A stretch of DNA of 35,599 bases, from NCBI GenBank assembly GCA_037380845.1, contig JARRRI010000024.1, forward strand, positions 1 to 35,599, read 5' to 3'. Below the pieces are notes generated by a model. The model ran no database searches. It was not told the DNA's origin and saw only the letters and a program-made list of their open reading frames with translations. This document shows, piece by piece, positions 11,518-20,776 of the stretch. The position numbers and the translations under genes are program-made. Numbering within the stretch: position 1 is the first letter of the stretch; every line of letters begins with the position of its first letter. The stretch is from Candidatus Sulfobium sp. GTDB lineage: Bacteria > Nitrospirota > Thermodesulfovibrionia > Thermodesulfovibrionales > UBA6898.

Positions 11518-11631
11518 ATGAAAGTCCGTTCATCAGTAAAACCGATGTGCGCCAAGTGCAGGATAATACGGCGGAAAGGCGTTATCCGCATCATCTGCGA
11601 CAATCCCAAGCACAAGCAGAGACAGGGATAG
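11518..11631 (+). CDS. rpmJ: 50S ribosomal protein L36
   Basis: Hand translation (37 aa, missing from ORF track): [45 protein letters not shown]. Confidence 0.97.
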   Translation: MKVRSSVKPMCAKCRIIRRKGVIRIICDNPKHKQRQG

Positions 11632-11703
11632 GCATGATGGAGATGATGAGAGCAGCCTGCGGGCATTTCCCTGGATGCTCCGAACAAATAGAGGAGGTTC
11701 ATA

Positions 11704-12078
11704 GTGGCTAGAATTGCTGGAGTTGATCTGCCCAAGAACGAACGTATTGAAATTGGGCTGACGCGCATATTCGGTATCGGCAGGTCCCTGTCCAATAAAA
11801 TCCTCGAAGAGGTGAATGTGAGTCCTGCCGTCAGGGTCAAGGACCTTTCCGATGAGGACGCAGTAAAGATAAGGTCCGTCATCGAGAGGGACTACAGGGT
11901 TGAAGGTGATCTGAGACGTGACATTTCCATGAATATAAAGAGACTTATAGATATCGGCAGCTACCGGGGACTCAGGCACAGGGCCAGTCTGCCGGCGCGG
12001 GGCCAGAGGACGAAGACGAACGCCCGCACCAGAAAGGGCCCCCGAAAGGCCGTAGTCGGGAAGAAGAAGGAGGCATAG
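11704..12078 (+). CDS. rpsM: 30S ribosomal protein S13
   Basis: [10 protein letters not shown]...[24 protein letters not shown]. Confidence 0.98.
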   Translation: MARIAGVDLPKNERIEIGLTRIFGIGRSLSNKILEEVNVSPAVRVKDLSDEDAVKIRSVIERDYRVEGDLRRDISMNIKRLIDIGSYRGLRHRASLPARGQRTKTNARTRKGPRKAVVGKKKEA

Positions 12079-12081
12079 GGA

Positions 12082-12468
12082 ATGGCGCAGAGGAGAAAAG
12101 GGGTCAAGAAGGAGAAGAAGCATATAACCAGCGGGGCAGCCTACATTCAGGCCACCTTCAACAATACTATTGTGACGATAACGGATCCCGCGGGCGGGGT
12201 GGTTACATGGGCCAGCGCCGGCAACCTTGGCTTCAAGGGTTCCAGAAAGTCCACCCCCTATGCCGCGCAGATCGCGGCGGAGTCGGCGGCCAAGAAGGCC
12301 ATTGACATTGGTATGAGGCAGGTCGATGTTTACGTAAAGGGGCCGGGAGCGGGCAGAGAGTCCGCTATTCGCGCTCTGCAGGCCGCGGGCCTCGATATAA
12401 ACCTGATTAAAGACGTTACGCCTGTGCCTCACAATGGTTGCAGGCCGCCCAAGAGGAGGAGGGTATAA
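12082..12468 (+). CDS. rpsK: 30S ribosomal protein S11
   Basis: [12 protein letters not shown]...RKSTPYAAQ...[18 protein letters not shown]. Confidence 0.98.
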   Translation: MAQRRKGVKKEKKHITSGAAYIQATFNNTIVTITDPAGGVVTWASAGNLGFKGSRKSTPYAAQIAAESAAKKAIDIGMRQVDVYVKGPGAGRESAIRALQAAGLDINLIKDVTPVPHNGCRPPKRRRV

Positions 12469-12469
12469 A

Positions 12470-13096
12470 TTGGCGAGATATACTGGGCCTCAGTGCAAGC
12501 TATGCAGACGGGAGACCGAGAAACTCTTTTTGAAGGGTGACCGGTGTTATACCGAAAAGTGCGCCGTGGAGAGAAGGCAGTACCCTCCGGGACAGCACGG
12601 ACAGCGCCGGGGAAAACTGTCTGACTACGGCATCCAGCTGAGGGAGAAGCAGAAAGTAAGGAACTCTTACGGCCTGCTCGAAAAACAGTTCAGGAAATAT
12701 TTTTACAAGGCTAACAGGAAAAAGGGTGTAACCGGCGAAGTGTTGCTGCAGTTTCTGGAAACACGCCTGGACAACGTGGTTTACCGGATGGGTTTTGCAC
12801 CTAACCGGAACAGCGCGCGGCAGCTCGTCAAGCATCGTCACTTTAGTGTGAATGGAAGGGACGTCAACATACCGTCATACAATGTCCAGGTGGGGGATGT
12901 CGTCGAGGTGAAAGAGCCGAGCCGCGATATCGAAATTGTCAAGGAAAGCGTGTCCCGGAGCGAACAGAGGGGGATCCCTTCGTGGCTCGACATGGACTTG
13001 CAGAATTTCAGAGGCAAGGTGTCACAGATACCTACTAGGGAAGAAATCCAGCTTGTGGCCCAGGAACAGTTGATCGTTGAGCTTTATTCCAAATAG
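12470..13096 (+). CDS. rpsD: 30S ribosomal protein S4 (zinc-finger, C+ type)
   Basis: [14 protein letters not shown]...DRC...KC...LREKQK...[11 protein letters not shown]...IVELYSK; TTG start at 12470. Confidence 0.97.
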   Translation: MARYTGPQCKLCRRETEKLFLKGDRCYTEKCAVERRQYPPGQHGQRRGKLSDYGIQLREKQKVRNSYGLLEKQFRKYFYKANRKKGVTGEVLLQFLETRLDNVVYRMGFAPNRNSARQLVKHRHFSVNGRDVNIPSYNVQVGDVVEVKEPSRDIEIVKESVSRSEQRGIPSWLDMDLQNFRGKVSQIPTREEIQLVAQEQLIVELYSK

Positions 13097-13120
13097 GGAC
13101 GCTCTCGATCCCGGATTGCG

Positions 13121-13141
13121 GGAGGCGTAGCTTCCTTTTTT
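13121..13141 (+). terminator. Putative intrinsic terminator after rpsD (overlaps an alternative upstream hairpin)
   Basis: GGAGGC-GTA-GCTTCC stem (one G-U) followed directly by TTTTTT. Confidence 0.5.
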
Positions 13142-13194
13142 AATTACAAATATATCTTAAATATCTAAAATATAATCGACGGATGGGAGGCCTT

Positions 13195-14232
13195 ATGAAT
13201 CTCAGGAAAAAAGGCTTTCAACTGCCTGACAAGTTCAGGTTTGATGAAGAGACTGTAAGCAGTACATATGGAAAGCTTGTCGTCGAGCCGCTGGAACGCG
13301 GCTTCGGGACTACTATCGGGAACGCACTCAGGAGGGTGTTGCTGTCTTCGCTTGAGGGGGCCGCGATTACCGCGGTGAAAATCTCCGGGGCGCTGCATGA
13401 ATTTTCGACGATCAACGGCATAAAGGAAGATGTTGTCAACATAATTCTGCGTATGAAAGGGCTGAGGTTCAGGTCCCACGCGGAAGAGGCGAAAGTCGGC
13501 ACTTTCAACGTGAAGGGTCCGGCGCGGGTTACGGGAGCCGACCTTAAGTGCGATCCCTCAGTGGAAATTCTGAACCCGGAGCAGGCCATCGCGACGCTCG
13601 ACAAGGGGGGGAATTTCGATGCCGAGGTGTACATAAGAAAAGGCAAGGGCTATGTCTCCTCCGAGCTGAACAAGGAAGACCTGCCGGTGGGCATGATCGC
13701 TGTCGATGCGGTCTTTACCCCTATCAGGAAGGTCAACTTCTGGGTGGAGAAGACCAGGGTGGGTCGTGAGACTGACTATGACAGGCTGATCATGGAGATC
13801 TGGACGGACGGGAGCGTGACACCCGAAAAGGCTGTTTCGCAGGCGGCCTCGATAATTATTGAACATATGGACCTCTTTATAGCCGAAGAGGAGGAGGACG
13901 AGTCCGCGTCCGCGGAGGAGCCGGCAGTTGCGCATTCTTCCGAGCAGCTCTACGCCTCGACTAACGACAATCTGTTCAAAAACGTGGACGAGCTCGAACT
14001 TTCCGTGAGATCATACAACTGTCTGAAGAACGCCAATATCAGGACAATAGCGGAACTGGTTCAGAAGAGCGAAACGGAGATGTTGAAGACCAAGAATTTC
14101 GGAAGAAAATCGCTCAACGAGATCAAGGAGATTCTGGGCAGGATGGGGTTGCACCTGGGGATGAAGGTCGACCTCGAAAACGTCCAGAACCAGGCGGTAC
14201 ATAGTGGAGGTATAGAACAAGATGCGTCATAA
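13195..14232 (+). CDS. rpoA: DNA-directed RNA polymerase subunit alpha
   Basis: EPLERGFGTTIGNALRRVLLSS...LELSVRSYNCLKNA...KNFGRKSLNEI; start at ATG 13195 after GGGAGG. Confidence 0.98.
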   Translation: MNLRKKGFQLPDKFRFDEETVSSTYGKLVVEPLERGFGTTIGNALRRVLLSSLEGAAITAVKISGALHEFSTINGIKEDVVNIILRMKGLRFRSHAEEAKVGTFNVKGPARVTGADLKCDPSVEILNPEQAIATLDKGGNFDAEVYIRKGKGYVSSELNKEDLPVGMIAVDAVFTPIRKVNFWVEKTRVGRETDYDRLIMEIWTDGSVTPEKAVSQAASIIIEHMDLFIAEEEEDESASAEEPAVAHSSEQLYASTNDNLFKNVDELELSVRSYNCLKNANIRTIAELVQKSETEMLKTKNFGRKSLNEIKEILGRMGLHLGMKVDLENVQNQAVHSGGIEQDAS

Positions 14233-14629
14233 AGTGGATGGAAGGCTGTTTGGAAGGACGGCAAATCAGAGGAAGGCGCTCCTGCGCGGACTGGTGACGG
14301 CACTGCTTGAGAATCAGCGGATAGAGACGACCGTTGCCAAGGCCAAAGAGACGAAGAGGATAGCCGAGAAGATGGTTACTTTCGGGATAAAGGGAGACCT
14401 GCATTCAAAGCGGCAGGTTCTGTCATATGTGACGGACAGAGCGGTAGCGTCAAAGTTGTTCAACGAGATCGCACCCCGTTTTTCCGGAAGGAACGGCGGC
14501 TACCTGAGGATCGTGCAGACGCGGAACCGCCTGAAGGATTCTGCCCCGATGGCGGTGCTTGAATTCATAGATTACGAGTCGGTAGAGGTGGCCAAAGGCA
14601 AGGCCGCGAAGGAAGAGAAGGCGAAATAA
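14222..14629 (+). CDS. rplQ: 50S ribosomal protein L17
   Basis: MRHK...IETTVAKAKE...RNGGYLRI...DSAPMAVLE. Confidence 0.98.
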   Translation: MRHKVDGRLFGRTANQRKALLRGLVTALLENQRIETTVAKAKETKRIAEKMVTFGIKGDLHSKRQVLSYVTDRAVASKLFNEIAPRFSGRNGGYLRIVQTRNRLKDSAPMAVLEFIDYESVEVAKGKAAKEEKAK

Positions 14630-14631
14630 TC

Positions 14632-14766
14632 GTGGGCAATCTCCTTATCGGCATCGTCATATTTGCTGTCTGGATAATCCTTCAGATTTTCGTTTTCCCC
14701 AGGATGGGGGTCACAACTTGAGGGGTCGATCCGAAGGTCCCGTGCAAGACCGATAAAAAGAAATAA
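14632..14766 (+). CDS. Candidate small single-TM selenoprotein (44 aa if TGA 14719-14721 is Sec; otherwise a 29-aa peptide ending at 14721)
   Basis: GTG 2 nt after rplQ stop; MGNLLIGIVIFAVWIILQIFVFPRMGVTT-(TGA)-GVDPKVPCKTDKKK-TAA; clean TM helix, open frame continues past TGA with a Cys; hairpin 3' of TGA. Confidence 0.5.
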
Positions 14767-14945
14767 ACCTGAATAAGAGAGTTGTGAGAGCTGATATCCG
14801 CCCCGGCCGCCCCTTTCCGCCGTGAAACTCATTTCGCAGTCCACAAGGCATTCGGGATTACGTTCCACGTGCCCCTTGATATGGAAGGTTATTTTACGGA
14901 TGCTGGTTCGGCCTGATTTAACTCCTCCACATAGACGAAAATCGC

Positions 14946-14975
14946 TTGTCAGAAATTTTAAAGATGGGATATACT
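14946..14975 (+). promoter_or_regulatory. Sigma70-like promoter for smc
   Basis: TTGTCA-18 nt-TATACT, 35 nt upstream of smc ATG. Confidence 0.6.
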
Positions 14976-15010
14976 AAACACCAAAGCAGCGACACTTCTT
15001 CTGAATAATA

Positions 15011-18000
15011 ATGCGAATCGAAAAAATCGAACTCATAGGTTTCAAATCGTTTGCGGACAGAACTACCTTCGTCCTTCATCCGGGCATAACCTGTATAGTG
15101 GGCCCTAACGGCTGCGGCAAAAGCAATATCGTGGACGCCTTCAGGTGGGTCCTGGGCGAGCAGAGCGCCAAGAGCCTGAGGGGCGAGAAGATGGAAGAGG
15201 TCATTTTTAACGGCTCCTCTCTCAAGAAGCCCAAGGGTATGGCCGAAGTGACGATGGTAGTCTCCGGCTTTAATGGAGGCGGACAGGGAGGCAACGGGGG
15301 ACATGCCGAAACGGCGACCATCTCCAGGAGGCTTTACAGGTCGGGGGAGAGCGAGTACATGGTCAACAGAACGCCCTGCCGGCTGAAGGATATCAGGGAC
15401 ATATTTCTCGATACCGGGCTGGATTTCAGGAGTTACTCCATCCTTGAGCAGGGCAGGATAGGGGAGATCCTCAACTCAAAGCCCCTCGACAGGAGGTTCA
15501 TTATCGAAGAGGTCGCCGGCGTTATGAAATACAAGGTCAGGAAGGCCGAAGCGCTGTCGAAACTCGAGTCGTCGAGGGCGAATCTGGTAAGGATAAACGA
15601 CATCATACTGGAGGTAAAAAAGCAGATCAACATACTGGACAGGCTGGCCCGGAAAGCGGAGAGATACAAGAAGCTTTCATCCGAGATGCACGCCATAGAA
15701 CTGAAGATTGCCCGCAGGGAATTCGAGCAGGTAAAGGAAGAGCACGGCAAGATCGCGGAGGAGCATGCTTCCCTCAAGGAGGAAGAGGCCGTCAAGGGCG
15801 CGCGGATATCAGAGACGGAAAATCAGACCGATTCAAGACGACTGGTCCTGATCGAAAAGGAAAAGGAACTTGAATTCCTGCAAAACGACTTTCAGGCGCT
15901 GGAGCGGGACATCTCGGAAATCGAAAGACGTATAGCCGTTGCGAAGGCCGATATAGGCAGCCTGGGCGAATACCTCAAGAAACTTGAATACCGGCAGCAG
16001 GAGGCGGAGGCGAGAAACGATGAGACTACGGCCAGGATCGGAGAACTTGGGACGGCTGAAGAAAAAATATCCGGCGATATCGAGAACGGCCAAGAGGCCC
16101 TGAGGGAAAAGACGGAGGCCTTCAGGGCGCTCGAGGCTGAGCTGGCGGAAGAAGAAGGCCGGATCGAGGAGAAGAGGAAGGAAGTCTTCAGGATATCAGA
16201 AGAGTTAAGCGGAATGAGAAATGACCTCTCCAGGCAGCAGTCTCTGGTCGAGTCGCTCGAGCGAAGAGAGACAACGTCCGTGAAAGAATCGGAGGAGACG
16301 GGAGAATCGCTCGGCGAGATCGAGGCGGCCATGAGTTCCGTCGAATCGGAGATCCTGGCAAACAGCAACGAATTGCTTCTGCTGGAGGAAAAAAAGGCCG
16401 TATTGGTCAGCGAGCTGTCCTCCGGCAAGGAGGGGCTCGAGGAACTCTTCAGGTCACTCTCGGATGCCAGAGAAGACCTGGCCTCGCATTCCTCCCGCCT
16501 CGAATCGTTAAAGGAGATTGTCCTTGACAGGCCGGCCGGAGATCTTATCCCGGCGGAAGGTCTTCTCGGCACGCTCTCCGATGTCATAGAGGTTGAGGCG
16601 GAATACGAGAAGGCCGTGGAAGGCGTTTTGTCCGAAAAGGCCGAGCTGCTCATCCTCCGGTCACAGGAGTACATACGGGATGCCATAGAGGCACTGAAGA
16701 GGGCGGAGGCGGGCAAGACGTCTTTTATCTCCCTGTCACCCGCGCCGGCAGAAGCGGCCGCCGCCTGTCCGTCCGGCGCGGTCGGCCCCGCACTTGACTT
16801 TGTGCGGGTCAGAGAAGGATATTCGCGCATTGCGGAAAACGTCCTTGGCAGAGTGTTCATCGTAAGAGACATCGATGCTGCCTTTGCCATGACGGGTATG
16901 AATGGGGACACTGTTCTTGTCACCCTGGAGGGGGAGGTCATGGAACCTTCAGGCGCAGTGGTGGTCGGCGGCGGAAAGGGTATCTTTCGGAGAAAGAGGG
17001 AGATAAGGGAACTTGAGGAGACGATCGCTTCCGAAAGGGACGCCATAGAGGCGATGAAAGGCCGGGTGCAGGAGATGCAGAACCTGATCCTCGAGAAGGA
17101 AGAGGAGATAAAGGCCGTGGAGTCTTCAATCCATAAGATCGAAAAAGAAGTGTCCCTCCTGCGACTGACCGTCGACAATTACAGCAATGACAAGGAACGG
17201 TTTAACAGGAAACTCTCCTATCTGGCTCTGGAACTGGAGGAGATTTCCAGAGAAAAGGAATCCCTGCAGAAGACGATTGCTGATAACGGGGACAAGATAG
17301 CGGCGGTGGAGACAGCAAAGAATGCGCTGGAGGACGAAGCCGCTTCCGTGCGTGACGGCATTGCCAGCAAGAAGACTGAGCTGGAGGAGCGAAGGTCGGA
17401 TGTGACGGACCTCCGGCTTCTGATCGCCTCGTACAGAGAGAGGATGGAGGCCATCAGGAATGAAAGGGATTCGTTGACCAGGGCCGTAGAGGAGTTTAAA
17501 CAGAAGAAGGCGGACCTCCACGCCGAGCATGGCGACGTAGTACTTCGGATAACCCGCCGGGAGACGGAAGTGACCGAAGAGGAGATGCGGCTCAGGAAAT
17601 GTGTCGCAGATGCCGACAGGCAGAGGGGCGAAATATCACAGAGGAAAGAGGAGATCGAGAGAGAAAACGGGGACCTGATTCTGGTTGAACAGGGCCTCAG
17701 GACTTTGAGGCAGGAGATTGCCGCCATGAGATCCAGATTATCGGAGCTTGATGTGGCGAGGGCCGAACACAGGATGAGAATGGACAATATTGCCGGGAGC
17801 GTGAGGGTAAACTACGGAAAGGAAGTAGGCGAGCTTCCGTTGGAGGAGATTGAGCCGGAGGAGGAGGAAAGGCTTTCGGAACTGAGACGGAAGATACAGG
17901 AGATGGGTCCGGTGAACCTCGGGACGCTGGAAGAATACGAAGAACTGCGCGGCCGGTATGAATTCATGACGAAACAGCAGGATGACCTGACGAAGTCCAT

Positions 18001-18508
18001 TGCCGAACTCGAAGAGGCCATTTCAAAGATCAACAGCACGACGCGGAAGAAGCTGAGGGACGCCTATGAGGCACTGAACACCAAGTTCGGAGAGGTCTTT
18101 ACCAACCTCTTCGGAGGCGGACGGGCCGGACTTGTCCTGACGGACGAACACAACATACTCGAATCGGGCATCGAGATCGTGGCCCAGCCCCCGGGCAAGA
18201 AGCTCCAGAACCTTCACCTTCTCTCGGGAGGAGAAAAGGCCCTGACGGCCCTCGCAATACAGTTTGCGAGCTTTCTTATCAAACCCACCCCCCTCTGCGT
18301 ACTCGATGAAGCGGATGCGCCTCTTGATGAATCAAACACGGAGAGATATTCAAAGATGCTGGAAGAACTTTCCCAAAGCACACAATTTATCGTCATCACC
18401 CATAACAGGACCACCATGGGCTCCGCTCAGCATCTTTACGGTATAACCATGGAGGAGGCGGGCGTATCGAAGGTCATCTCCATGCAGCTTGAGGAAGTGG
18501 AGGCCTGA
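15011..18508 (+). CDS. smc: Chromosome partition protein Smc
   Basis: 1165 aa; GFKSFAD, Walker A GPNGCGKSN, long coiled coils, Gly hinge motif, LSGGEKALTA signature, LDEADAPLD Walker B/D-loop, FIVITH. Confidence 0.97.
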   Translation: MRIEKIELIGFKSFADRTTFVLHPGITCIVGPNGCGKSNIVDAFRWVLGEQSAKSLRGEKMEEVIFNGSSLKKPKGMAEVTMVVSGFNGGGQGGNGGHAETATISRRLYRSGESEYMVNRTPCRLKDIRDIFLDTGLDFRSYSILEQGRIGEILNSKPLDRRFIIEEVAGVMKYKVRKAEALSKLESSRANLVRINDIILEVKKQINILDRLARKAERYKKLSSEMHAIELKIARREFEQVKEEHGKIAEEHASLKEEEAVKGARISETENQTDSRRLVLIEKEKELEFLQNDFQALERDISEIERRIAVAKADIGSLGEYLKKLEYRQQEAEARNDETTARIGELGTAEEKISGDIENGQEALREKTEAFRALEAELAEEEGRIEEKRKEVFRISEELSGMRNDLSRQQSLVESLERRETTSVKESEETGESLGEIEAAMSSVESEILANSNELLLLEEKKAVLVSELSSGKEGLEELFRSLSDAREDLASHSSRLESLKEIVLDRPAGDLIPAEGLLGTLSDVIEVEAEYEKAVEGVLSEKAELLILRSQEYIRDAIEALKRAEAGKTSFISLSPAPAEAAAACPSGAVGPALDFVRVREGYSRIAENVLGRVFIVRDIDAAFAMTGMNGDTVLVTLEGEVMEPSGAVVVGGGKGIFRRKREIRELEETIASERDAIEAMKGRVQEMQNLILEKEEEIKAVESSIHKIEKEVSLLRLTVDNYSNDKERFNRKLSYLALELEEISREKESLQKTIADNGDKIAAVETAKNALEDEAASVRDGIASKKTELEERRSDVTDLRLLIASYRERMEAIRNERDSLTRAVEEFKQKKADLHAEHGDVVLRITRRETEVTEEEMRLRKCVADADRQRGEISQRKEEIERENGDLILVEQGLRTLRQEIAAMRSRLSELDVARAEHRMRMDNIAGSVRVNYGKEVGELPLEEIEPEEEERLSELRRKIQEMGPVNLGTLEEYEELRGRYEFMTKQQDDLTKSIAELEEAISKINSTTRKKLRDAYEALNTKFGEVFTNLFGGGRAGLVLTDEHNILESGIEIVAQPPGKKLQNLHLLSGGEKALTALAIQFASFLIKPTPLCVLDEADAPLDESNTERYSKMLEELSQSTQFIVITHNRTTMGSAQHLYGITMEEAGVSKVISMQLEEVEA

Positions 18509-18512
18509 CAAT

Positions 18513-18539
18513 GGGTATCCCGAACCCCGGGAGGTACCC
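18513..18539 (+). terminator. Hairpin after smc (possible terminator, no U-tract)
   Basis: GGGTA-TCCCG...CGGGA-GG-TACCC inverted repeat 4 nt after the stop. Confidence 0.3.
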
Positions 18540-18767
18540 GTGCTATTGCCATATCCCCAACGTTTCCAGAAAGCACCGAAGGAACACCGAAAAAGTCTTG
18601 TAACGACATGATCTTATTTATATTCCACATAGATGAGTGCCCGATGTTCGGTGACTTCCAGAACAAGGCCGGCAGGCCCCTCGCAGGACTGCAATGTGTC
18701 ACCACGAGACATTTTTTAGCGCCCCTTCCGTGCTTTCCCCGTATGTCATCGCAACTTTGAGGTTTAG

Positions 18768-20121
18768 ATGAATAAACTGGCTGATCTCTTGCCCGGCAAA
18801 ATATCGACAGAGCCGGAAGACCTGATATGTTACGGTTTCGACGCCTCGGGGCTTGAAGGAGCGCCCGCGGCTGTCGTCTGGCCCCGGGATTCAGGGGACG
18901 TAGTAGAGGTCATGACTTTCGCCTCCGATAACGACATCGCGGTTATCCCCCGTGGCGCCGGAACAGGAATGACAGGGGGCGCGATTCCTTCCAAGGGCGC
19001 GGTTGTGATCAGCATGGAAAAGATGAACAGGATAATCGCGGTGGACGCTGAAAACCTCAATGTCCTCGTTGAGCCGGGGGTAATCAACGGAAGACTTCAG
19101 AGAGAACTCGCACCCCGCCGGCTGTTTTATCCGCCAGACCCTGGCAGCATGAATTTTTGCACCATAGGGGGCAATGTCGCCGAAAACGCAGGCGGCCCGA
19201 GGGCCCTGAAATACGGGGTCACCAGGGACTATGTAATGGCGCTGGAGGCCGTGCTTCCGGACGGCAGGGTGGTCCACACCGGCGTGCGCACTCCGAAAGG
19301 GGTCGTCGGTTACGATCTTACGAGACTGCTTGTCGGGTCCGAGGGTACTCTTGCTGTGGTCACAAAGATCAGATTGAAAGTTATGCCGGTCCCCGAGGAC
19401 GTGGTGACGCTGCTCGTGCTCTTCAGGGATTTCAACAAGCCGGGAGAAGCCGTGACACGGATAATGTCGTCGGGGATTATTCCCAGGACGCTGGAATTTC
19501 TTGACGGTGAGGCCGTCAGAGCGGTCGAAAATTACAGGCCGGTGGGACTTCCGAAGGATGTGGAAGCCCTCTTGATCATCGAACTTGACGGGTCGGCGGC
19601 GGCAATCAGGAAAGAGGCTGAGAGGGTATCCGATATCTGTATAGACTTGGGGGGAAGCCATAATGGCGGAGAATGAACTCGCGAGGGAAAAGATCTGGGA
19701 GTCCAGACGCGCGGTTTCCCCCGCCTTGTACCACCTTGCACCTTCGAAGATCAACGAGGATATCGTCGTGCCTCCCAGCATGATCCCTCGCATGCTCACC
19801 ACACTGAAGAGACTGTCTGAGGAGAGCGGGATAAAGATCGTCAATTTCGGACATGCCGGGGACGGCAACATCCATGTAAACCTTATGGTCAACAGGCAGG
19901 AACGGGATGAATACGCACGGGCGCAGGACCTTGTAAGAGAAATATTCAGATTCACTCTTGAAATGGAGGGCACCATTTCCGGGGAACACGGCGTAGGCCT
20001 GACGAAATCGGATTACATAGGGATGGAAATTCCGCCGGCCGAACTCGAGTTGATGAAGAAGATCAAGGGCGTTTTCGATCCGAAAGGGATTCTGAACCCC
20101 GGCAAGATATTCCCCGGGTGA
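18768..20121 (+). pseudogene. glcD: GlcD/D-lactate dehydrogenase-family FAD-linked oxidase, split by a frameshift at a G6 run (ORFs 18768-19676 and 19663-20121)
   Basis: N-part has PRGAGTG and GGNVAENAGGPRALKYGVT; C-part has GHAGDGNIH, GEHGVG, DPKGILNPGK; frames differ by +1 at GGGGGG 19649-19654; joined length about 450 aa. Confidence 0.8.
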
Positions 20122-20149
20122 GCGGACTTGGCGTCGGGCGAGGAGACTG

Positions 20150-20178
20150 TTGCCAATTAAGGGCGGTGACTGTAGAAT
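20150..20178 (+). promoter_or_regulatory. Sigma70-like promoter for tlpA-like gene
   Basis: TTGCCA-17 nt-TAGAAT, followed by AGGAGG SD. Confidence 0.6.
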
Positions 20179-20196
20179 AACAGAAGGAGGCGCTTT

Positions 20197-20703
20197 ATGA
20201 AGGTGAGAGTAAAAATTCTGGCAGTTGTAGCGATTGCATTTCTGGCTGCGATGAACTTTAGCCTTTCAACCGCCGCTGCCAGTGCCGGTGAACAGGAGGC
20301 AGCCGACTTTTCTCTTAAGGACCTCGGCGGAAAGACCATAACCCTTTCATCGCTGAAGGGCAAGGTCGTTATCCTGAATTTCTGGGCCACGTGGTGCCCA
20401 AGCTGCGTCTCCGAGATGCCGTCTCTGAACACCCTGTACAAAGAAATGAAATCGCGCGGCCTTGAAGTCATAGCCGTCTCCACTGACAGGTCAGCCAGCA
20501 GCGTCGGGGATTTTAAGGACACGCACGGACTTGCCTTCCCTGTCGTGATGGACGAGGACCGGGAAGTGACGCGTCTGTACCACGTTTTTTCGCTGCCCAC
20601 CAGTTTTCTGATAAACAAGAAAGGGATTATAGTCGAGAAATTCTACGGAGAGTACGACTGGACCGAGCAGGAGATGAAGGAAAAGATAGAGAAGCTGTTT
20701 TAG
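20197..20703 (+). CDS. TlpA/ResA-family thiol:disulfide oxidoreductase (exported thioredoxin)
   Basis: Signal peptide; LKGKVVILNFWATWCPSCVSEMP; cis-Pro LPTSFLI. Confidence 0.92.
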   Translation: MKVRVKILAVVAIAFLAAMNFSLSTAAASAGEQEAADFSLKDLGGKTITLSSLKGKVVILNFWATWCPSCVSEMPSLNTLYKEMKSRGLEVIAVSTDRSASSVGDFKDTHGLAFPVVMDEDREVTRLYHVFSLPTSFLINKKGIIVEKFYGEYDWTEQEMKEKIEKLF

Positions 20704-20728
20704 AATGTTATTGCGGTCCAGCAGCAAG

Positions 20729-20762
20729 GTGGCAGGGGCAATTCGCAAATTGCCCCTGCCAC
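20729..20762. repeat. Perfect 15-bp inverted repeat, REP-like, probable bidirectional terminator
   Basis: GTGGCAGGGGCAATT-CGCA-AATTGCCCCTGCCAC between convergent genes. Confidence 0.75.
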
Positions 20763-20776
20763 TAATAAGGGAAGTG

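Noticed and set aside
11632..11703. rpmJ-rpsM spacer as an S4-binding regulatory leader
   Set aside because: Only a weak hairpin (GGGCAT...ATGCTC) is visible; cannot support the alpha-operon pseudoknot
47..14404. Many long antisense/alternate-frame ORFs over the ribosomal operon (e.g. 1965-2765, 9068-10030, 11533-12432)
   Set aside because: Shadow ORFs of conserved genes in GC-rich DNA; no recognisable motifs
14572..14868. Minus-strand 98-aa ORF
   Set aside because: Overlaps rplQ and the better-supported plus-strand TM ORF in antisense; no recognisable domain
14770..14930. Possible ncRNA (6S-like) between the small ORF and the smc promoter
   Set aside because: Could not build a long closing stem or find conserved motifs by eye; needs an Rfam scan
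18608..18760. 50-codon plus-strand ORF upstream of glcD (MILFIFHIDECP...)
   Set aside because: No SD, no recognisable features; likely chance
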